Part shown: one piece after another, positions 56,491 to 64,000 of the stretch
How positions within the stretch are numbered: the first letter of the stretch is position 1
Layout: each line of letters opens with the position of its first letter
Assembly (NCBI GenBank): GCA_951406725.2
Contig: OX597834.1
Span: 9,238,001 to 9,302,000 of the forward strand
Source of the DNA: Octopus vulgaris
Lineage: Eukaryota
Direction: 5' to 3'
Length of the DNA: 64,000 nucleotides
Notes under the pieces: generated by a model
Told to the model about the DNA's origin: nothing
What the model saw: only the letters and a program-made list of their open reading frames with translations
The model's database searches: none
Position numbers and translations under genes: made by a program

Positions 56491-56730
56491 GTATTCCGGA
56501 GTAAACACATAAATGTGAAACAAGGTGGAAATAATAGTACTCAAATACCAGAGGTAGAGTAATATGCTTTATTTAAAAGCAAGGGAAATTCAACAAAAGC
56601 TGTTACTCGGAATATCCCGTTCCCGTCCGTTGAACAGTTTTGTTAAAAAAAAAACTGTCCGACGAACGGGAACGTGAAACTCCGAGTAACAGCTTTTGTA
56701 GAATTTCTGCTGCTTTTAAATAAAGTATAT
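56491..56730. mobile_element. pLTR-like element with an ~80 bp foldback
   Basis: 56562-56640 is the imperfect reverse complement of 56651-56730. Confidence 0.7.
56655..56692 (+). ncRNA. Minimal type I hammerhead ribozyme variant
   Basis: CTGT-CCGACGA-ACG-GGAA-CGT-GAAA-CTC-C-GAG-TA-ACAG; all three stems pair; GUA triplet. Confidence 0.7.
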
Positions 56731-56853
56731 ATATATATACATAGTAAGGTATTCTTAAGTTTTCTACAGTTAAATCAATTTAGATGTCCCGATGAAATTA
56801 TGAGGAAATAAGGTTTTGATATTATGAGGAAATAAACTTTGCTTTTATATATT

Positions 56854-57007
56854 AGGAGTAGCTGTGTGGTAAGTAGCTTGCTGACGAACCACTTGGTTCC
56901 AGGATCAGTCTCACTGCGTAGCACCTTGGGCAAGTGTCTTCAATAGCTTCGGACCGACCAAAGCCTTGTGAGTGGATTTGGTAGACACAAACTGAAAGAA
57001 GCCCGTC

Positions 57008-57010
<3 letters not shown>
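56854..57010 (+). mobile_element. SINE A 5' half
   Basis: Head up to the TA tract; matching 3' half at 59101-59303. Confidence 0.88.
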
Positions 57011-57045
<35 letters not shown>

Positions 57046-57139
57046 ATTAATGAATAAAATATATGCATACATACATACATATATGTACGTACCTACATCT
57101 ACATGTATATATACATGCATATATAAATATATATATATA

Positions 57140-57372
57140 TGAGTACAGGACACCACAAATAGACGTAGAACTCAACGAGAAACGAAAACGTAAAAACAAA
57201 CATGGAAACGGACTTTTTTTTAACAGCGAAAAAACAGAGTAGAAGACAAACAATACAAGGAAAATTCCCCTTCATCAGCTGTCTCTAGTTCGACTCCATG
57301 CGTGTTTCGAAGGTAAAGACCGAACACGACTCGTCGAACTGGCCCTTCCTGCGAAAGAATTAAATAAAATTC
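57140..57372 (-). mobile_element. Unclassified TA-adjacent repeat (family of 21410)
   Basis: GAGTACAGGAC end and CCCTTCATCAG motif. Confidence 0.55.
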
Positions 57373-57704
57373 CTTTATAGAGGAGTAAAAACAAGGAAAG
57401 AGAAAAATGTGACAAAGACAGGACGTAAAAACAATACAAATAAAAAATCAAATACAAAATAAAAATACAGATACAAAAAAATACAGTACAAGAATAAAAA
57501 CAGAACAAGGAAACAAACATTGAGGGCCATTTTTTAGCCTAGACGATGGAAAAATTCAAGAGCGCAGGAAAAAAGCATGTTCACTTGTAGGAGGCCATAT
57601 ATGTATGTATATATATGTATATTGGCTAAAGTGGCAAAATGAATACTCCGAAATATAACAATATATATATATATGTATGTATATATATATATATATGTAT
57701 GTAT

Positions 57705-58636
57705 GTATGAGGATGAAATGGAACACACTAGTTGATTTATATGGAAAAAAAATCAAAATAGTAAATACTAAAATAATTTTATAAAGATCATTCCAGTACC
57801 GGTTTCAGTTATTGAAACTTTTTCAACTGTAATAATTAAATAATTAAATTTAGAAATATAAATGAAAAGTTTTTTAAAAGAATATTTGTATAGTGTTCAA
57901 ATATAAGTGGCATTTTCCTTGTTTCTGCCTTTCTCTGTCTCTCTTGTTTACTCTTGTGGGTTCGAGGTCGTTATGAATTCTTGGTAGGGAAGAAGGAGGG
58001 GAAGGGGAGGAAGAAGAATTTGGGAATGCCATGATAGTAGTATTTTGAATGGTCAGTAGATGGTAGCAGTCGCTGTTCAATTCATGAAACTATTTCTTTT
58101 GAACGTTTTGAATTTGCGTGGGTGTTATTTCTAAAAAACATTAGTGATAAAGTTAGGAAGGAGGCGAAGAAGAAGAAAGAGAAGGGAGAATAAGAATGGA
58201 TGTTGGTAATGTGAAAGTAGTAAGGTGTTAAATGACTTAGAATTGGTACATTATGGGTTCTAACAGTGATTGGGTTTGTTTTTTAAGGAATTCTTGGAAA
58301 TCTCTTGAGGGTATCATTTTTAATATTTGGGTGTGTGTTTGTGTTATTCTAAGGCCGAGGTGGATATATCATTTGTCATAAACGCGTTCAAAAGGGGTCT
58401 GTATTTTGTATTAAAGAGAAATTATTCACTAATTCGTTGGTTCCAGGTTGTATCGTGCCTGTATTGGTAGAGGGGGAAAATTCTGTAGTTTGGATTTTTG
58501 TTGTTGGCGCAAATGTCTGTGTTGGCTGAATGCTATTTTTCTGTTTTGAGGAATTTTTATCTGCGATCTGTGTAGGGCCATTTTTTCCGTAAACTATTTT
58601 TTGTTTGGTCTATGTATTGCTCTTGACGCCCACTTA
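57705..58636 (-). mobile_element. Penelope-like retroelement 3' end: GIY-YIG remnant, UTR and hammerhead-bearing pLTR
   Basis: SGRQEQYIDQTKNSLRK(fs)ALHRSQIK..AFSQH(fs)DICAN...QRISE*..KYRPLLN fits C..C..YIGQT..L..R...H GIY-YIG; hammerhead-like TTACAG-tTGAAaA-AGTT/AACT-GAAA-CCGGTA-CTGGAA at 57791-57832. Confidence 0.8.
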
Positions 58637-58638
58637 TA

Positions 58639-59039
58639 TCTTTATATTTAAAGCTGAAGTTGCCAGTGTGTGTGTGTGGGGGGAAGATTTGGTAGCCTTC
58701 AATATACACTATCTCCTCCGAGACCCTGCGGCGAAAGTTGACCAAAATTCAGGGCATGATAGAAGTCTTGTTCTTCATTCTGTAGAAGAAGAAATTAAAA
58801 TCGGATCAAGTTAAAACCAAAAATTATCTACATCATAAAGGTGCTTTTTTATATAAAAATCCCTATTGTTTACGATTTTTTGCTGCTTTGTCGCCCTTTT
58901 TCGGTGTATTTCCAGCGGAAAAATGTTCACTTAAAGAGAATAACAAGCTACATAATGCAACATTTTTACTTTTCAAAAATTCCAATTATAAAGGGTCGAA
59001 AAGCAAACAAACCCGAACAACGCCGGGCTATACTGCTAG
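58639..59039 (+). mobile_element. Non-autonomous Helitron (family 3)
   Basis: A|TCTTTATATTTAAAG ... ACAAACCCGAACAACGCCGGGCTATACTGCTAG|T. Confidence 0.85.
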
Positions 59040-59100
59040 TATATATATATATGTGTATGTGTGTGTGTGTATGTAGGTATGTGTGTGTGTGTGTATACGA

Positions 59101-59303
59101 TTGTGTGGCTGTGTCCCCCAACATCGCTTGAATACCGATGCTGGTGTGTTTACATCCCCGTAGCTTAGCGGTTCTGAAAAAGAGACCGATAGAATAAGTA
59201 CTAAGATTATTAAGAATAAGACCTGGGGTCGATTTGCTCGGCTAAAGGCGGTGCTCCAGCATGGCCACAGTCAAATCACTGAAACAAGTAAAAGAGTAAA
59301 AGA
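59101..59303 (+). mobile_element. SINE A 3' half
   Basis: CCGATGCTGGTGTG...GGCGGTGCTCCAGCATGGCC tail. Confidence 0.88.
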
Positions 59304-60134
59304 TATGTATATATATATATATATATGTATGTATATATGTATGTATTCATGTATGTATAAAAATACAAACTGGAACAAGAACGCAAAACATTTAGGAGAC
59401 GATACAAAAACACGGACGGGACATTCGAAGCCTTCAATCTTCAGTCAAGAATCGGATCATCCTCGCAATTTCGGCTGATTAATCTTAAGATTGCTCCTAT
59501 CTGGCCAGCCCCAAGGAAAAACTAAGCTAAGCGCATTAGATTCCTTATATACCTAATCTCATGAAAGCGATCTAACTTATCAAAAATCTCAACTGGTATT
59601 TTAATCCACGGCTTCCCTTTATCTGAGAACAGGATTTTATATGTATAAATGATAACCTACTCTGAATCATCGAGCTGTTGGCCAATTCTCTATCTTTCGG
59701 CAACAAGTGCCTCAAGATCAAAGGCCATATAGGCCTGACATTAAATCGTGAGATTCTCTCTATGGACTTAACCGTTTGCACCTGAACTACTGATATATAC
59801 TTTCTACTGTTGCTCCAATGTTTCAGGTCAGGTATATCAGTTAACTCAAAGTTTATATTTCTTAGTATATTTCTGCGTACAAATGTTCAATTTATGAATT
59901 CAGGTATTTCATAAATCCCAGGATTAATATTTCATATGAATTTATATGATGTTACTTGTATTACGTAATGAACTGTGCAACTTGGCTTCATGACTTCATA
60001 AGAGATTTCGCAATAAATACTTAGAAATACTTCTACAGCTATTATTCCATTATAATTTCATAAGCCAAACAGAAATATTGACTATTGCCAACCGTGTTGT
60101 TGTTGTTGTTATTATTATTATTATTATTATTATT

Positions 60135-60688
60135 GAGTGAGAGAGCAGTGCATGCCATCAAAGTGACACTGGGGTACAAATAGACGAAGCCCAGTATACC
60201 CATCATGATTACCCGTCTGATAAAGGTACACTAGGTATATGCATCGCAACCATTTGTGCGCGACACGGTGATCTCGTATCAAAATAAACAGCGCATGACC
60301 TTGCAGGTGGGGCCCAGTTAAAATTTTCTTCTAGTCAATAACCCATCCCGCTAAAAAGGTCCCTGAATAAGGATTGTTTAATGATCTTGAACGAACTACC
60401 TATGTTTCCAAAGGTGAATTATCAAAACCTCCAAGAATTTCTTTCAACACACAGCTATGATGCTCCCCCATTACTTCTGCTTGTGTTCAGACATGCACAT
60501 ATCATCAGCCACAAAGGGACAATCTCAACTGGTTAAGGTAAAAAAAACTGACAAGCAAATCTGTGGTATTGAGCAGAAGATTTACTGTAGTCAATCTTTT
60601 ATATCAAGACAAAACAATGTACATGATAGCACTTCCAATAGAGTAAGATCAGAAGCCATGAGAGCCACTGCCTCGTACTGCACAAGGG

Positions 60689-60690
<2 letters not shown>
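60135..60690. mobile_element. ~555 bp non-coding element embedded in (ATT)n
   Basis: Sharp borders with (ATT)n on both sides; adjacent to the R4/Dong-like LINE. Confidence 0.5.
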
Positions 60691-60734
<44 letters not shown>

Positions 60735-60737
<3 letters not shown>

Positions 60738-61708
60738 TAGTATATTTTATATATCGTGCTTTCACTTCACTACCGAGCGCAGCTCTGTGTGCCTTGGATA
60801 TGTGCTGTGATTTGTTGTGATGCTCTGATGGTTATTGTATGGAAAGTGTTGTCGTAGGATGTGTGCGGTGCCTAGTAGTGCAATTTTCTGTATGTTATAT
60901 GTGTTTGTAAGTCCTGGTGTTTTTGTTATGTATTTGTCTGAATATTTTTTTATCATGCCTAATTTTTTTGGAAGCACTCCGTCGGTTACGACGACGAGGG
61001 TTCCGGTTGATCCGATAAACGGAACAGCCCGCTCGTGAAATTAACGTGTAAGTGGCTGAGCACTCCACAGACACGTGTACCCTTAACGTAGTTCTCGGGG
61101 ATATTCAGCGTGACACAGATAGTGACAAGGCCGGCCCTTTGAAATACAGGTACAACAGAAACAGGAAGTAAGAGTGAGAGAAAGTTCTGGTGAAAGAATA
61201 CAGCAGGGATCACCACCATCCCTGCCGAAGCCTCGTGGAGCTTTAGGTGTTTTTCGCTCAATTAACACTCACAACGCCCGGTCTGGGAATCGAAACCGCC
61301 ATCCTACGACCGCGAGTCCGCTGCCCTAACCACTGGACCATTGCGCCTCCACATCATGCCTAATGCACCTATTATGATAGGAATTGTTTCTGTTTTTAGA
61401 TTCCACATTCTGGTTACCTCTATTTCCAGGTCTTTGTATTTTGAGTTTCTCCATTTCTTTTAGAGACACGTTGTCATCCGCTGGTATTGATACATTAATT
61501 AGAAAACATTTTTTTCTTCATGATATCTGACAACTATATCTGGTCTGTTGGCCTTAATTTCTCTATCTGTGTGTATTGGCATATCCCAGAGTATGGTTGC
61601 TTTCTCGTTTTCTGTTACCTTTTCTGGTGTGTGCCTATACCATATTTTTTCTGTTGCTATTCCATAATGTTGGTATAGCTTCCACTGTATACAGGTCCCA
61701 ACTCTGTC
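60735..61708 (-). mobile_element. R4/Dong-like RLE non-LTR retrotransposon 3' end in (TAA)n
   Basis: DRVGTCIQWKL..HY...WY.HTPE.V.EN...ILWDMPIHTDREIKANRPDIVV...KYKDLEIEVTRMW...IPIIIGALG...IQKIALLGTAHILR (PD-D/ExK RLE); (ATT)n on both sides. Confidence 0.9.
60964..61352 (-). mobile_element. SINE C, full length, inserted in the RLE LINE, 12-bp TSD
   Basis: TSD ATCATGCCTAAT at 60952-60963 and 61353-61364; near-identical to the 30373 copy. Confidence 0.92.
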
Positions 61709-61714
61709 TTATTA

Positions 61715-61745
<31 letters not shown>

Positions 61746-62389
61746 TATTATTTGCATTGATTCCGTTTCCCTTCGCTCGACGTTGGACATAAAGCAACTG
61801 CGTCCAGTTTGATTGCTCAGTATCTGTTCGTATTACATATCATATTTGATATCGTTTTAACTGTTATGATAAATACTCTGGCGAATCTTTTTTGTACTTC
61901 TCAGTTATATTGGTTGTATTTGTAATACTCTACCTCACAAATGTTACTAGTCTTACTAGGAAAAAATATCGCATTTTACACTTGAAAACTGTTCTTCCGT
62001 TACGTTTTAGATTAATGGCAAAATACTTTGAGTACGGAGAGAAATTTCTGTAGGTTACTATGTGTAAGAGATAGACTTGATATGGCATTGAATTAATTAT
62101 ATATGGTTTTGTGTGTCCATATATCACAGTGTCCCATGGCGTTGGTTGTCATTTTTAGTATAGAAAAATACATGAGACCATGCATCATGTAATATCACAT
62201 ATGCGTATATACTCTTTTACTCTTTTATGTGTATTAATTTGATGTGTGTGTGTATGTGTGTGTATTCATGTGTATGAATGTTATGATTCTAAATGTACAC
62301 ACATAATCACAAAACACAAACACATAAATAGGAATATCTATGCATATATGGTATTGGTTTTATTTATCGTAAGTTTATATACATGGACG

Positions 62390-62464
62390 TGTATATATAT
62401 ATATATATACATAAATATACATATATATATATATATACATATATATACATATATATATACATAT

Positions 62465-62505
<41 letters not shown>

Positions 62506-62608
62506 CTTATATATATACATACATATATATATATATATATATACATATATACATACATATATATATATACATATATACATACGTATATATATATATATAT
62601 ATACACAT

Positions 62609-62643
<35 letters not shown>

Positions 62644-62645
62644 GC
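62390..62645. repeat. Complex (TA) array
   Basis: Read directly. Confidence 0.95.
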
Positions 62646-63202
62646 AATATAAAATACACGCAGTATTCATCATAGTTTTCATAGTTTTAACACACACACA
62701 CGCACACACACATACACAAAGACCACGTAATATAAGTTTATATATATATATATGTGTGTGTGTATTTTCGCACACTCACGTGTGTGCACACCCTACTTAG
62801 GGCTAATGTGATTTTCTGTGTGTGTATAGTGGCAAAAATACTACGAGAAATTACACGACTAAGCCTGTTAACTAATGGAATCATTGAAATTATTCACAAA
62901 GAACGTGACAATTTATTAGACATTGTGTGGTTGACAATTGAAATAGCACGAAGTTAGCAAAAACGTCCGTTGTACGACAACTAAGAGCAGTCTCCTTAAT
63001 TGCTCGCTTGTATATGTTGCGTAATTATCTCACCTTAGTTCACTCTCCTGTCGCTGATACAATATTCAATATAACATCGCCATATTCAATAATTTTCCGA
63101 CTTCGGTTCTGTATTCTGTAGTAGTTACTTCTTTTTTTATTTTCCTTGGCTGCCTCTCTCTCCTTTCTCCCTTCAATGTCCGTTCTAATTATGTGATGAT
63201 AC

Positions 63203-63234
<32 letters not shown>

Positions 63235-63409
63235 CTGCATGAGTGGTGAGAATTGTACGTACATCGGATGGTTCTATTTCCATACGTATGTATAAGCACA
63301 CACACAGACACACACATATTTGCCGCAGGTATATCTGCTAGTCAGAACGAAAATGTCGTTGACTATGATAGCCCTTCCTCTTCAGATTCCTGAATGGCAT
63401 ATAATGCGG

Positions 63410-63474
63410 ATGTATATATATATATATGTGTATGTATGTGTGTGTATGTGTATATATATGTATGTGTGTGTATG

Positions 63475-63507
<33 letters not shown>

Positions 63508-63560
63508 ATATGTGTGTGTGTATATATGTATATGTATATGTGTGTGTGTGTGTATATATG

Positions 63561-63595
<35 letters not shown>

Positions 63596-63696
63596 ATATG
63601 TATATATATATGTGTGTGTATATATGTATATATATATATATGTGTGTATATATGTATATGTATACATATATATATGTGTGTATATATGTATATATA

Positions 63697-63729
<33 letters not shown>

Positions 63730-64000
63730 GTGTGTATATATGTATATATGTATATATATGTATATATATATATATGTGTGTATATATGTATATATATATA
63801 TATGTGTGTATATATGTATATATATATATATATGTGTGTGTATATATATATATGTATTTATATATATATGTGTGTGTGTATATATATATGTGTGTGTGTA
63901 TATATATATATGTATTTATATATATATATGTATATATATAAGTATTTATATGTATATGTATTTATATATATATATAAATACTTATATATATACATATATT
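63410..64000. repeat. Complex (TA)/(TG) array
   Basis: Read directly. Confidence 0.95.

Noticed and set aside
57265-57320. CTGATGA and GAAA motifs as a hammerhead (also 21503 and 59425-59475)
   Set aside because: Could not form the required stems in type I, II or III topology
60600-60690. Faint resemblance to U2 snRNA on the minus strand
   Set aside because: No branch-point recognition sequence GTAGTA and no colinear match

Overview
Very AT-rich, microsatellite-saturated eukaryotic DNA with no intact host gene. The SINE families resemble those of octopod cephalopods (Octopus-like; recognised by eye, not searched). Almost all ORFs in the track are translations of (TA)n, (TG)n or (AAT)n repeats. 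Real content: three tRNA-derived SINE families (about 30 copies or fragments), five ~380-400 bp non-autonomous Helitrons, decayed mariner and maT(DD37D) transposons, several MITEs, and fragments of RTE, CR1, R4/Dong-like and Penelope retroelements. Most notable observations: (1) at least eight minimal hammerhead-ribozyme-like motifs in short elements, mostly beside (TA)n, one fused behind a tRNA/Pol III head; (2) a Helitron flanked by a ~204 bp direct duplication; (3) SINE-internal (TA)n tracts acting as landing pads for nested insertions and foldbacks. Coordinates were counted by hand, and ends of degenerate copies are approximate.
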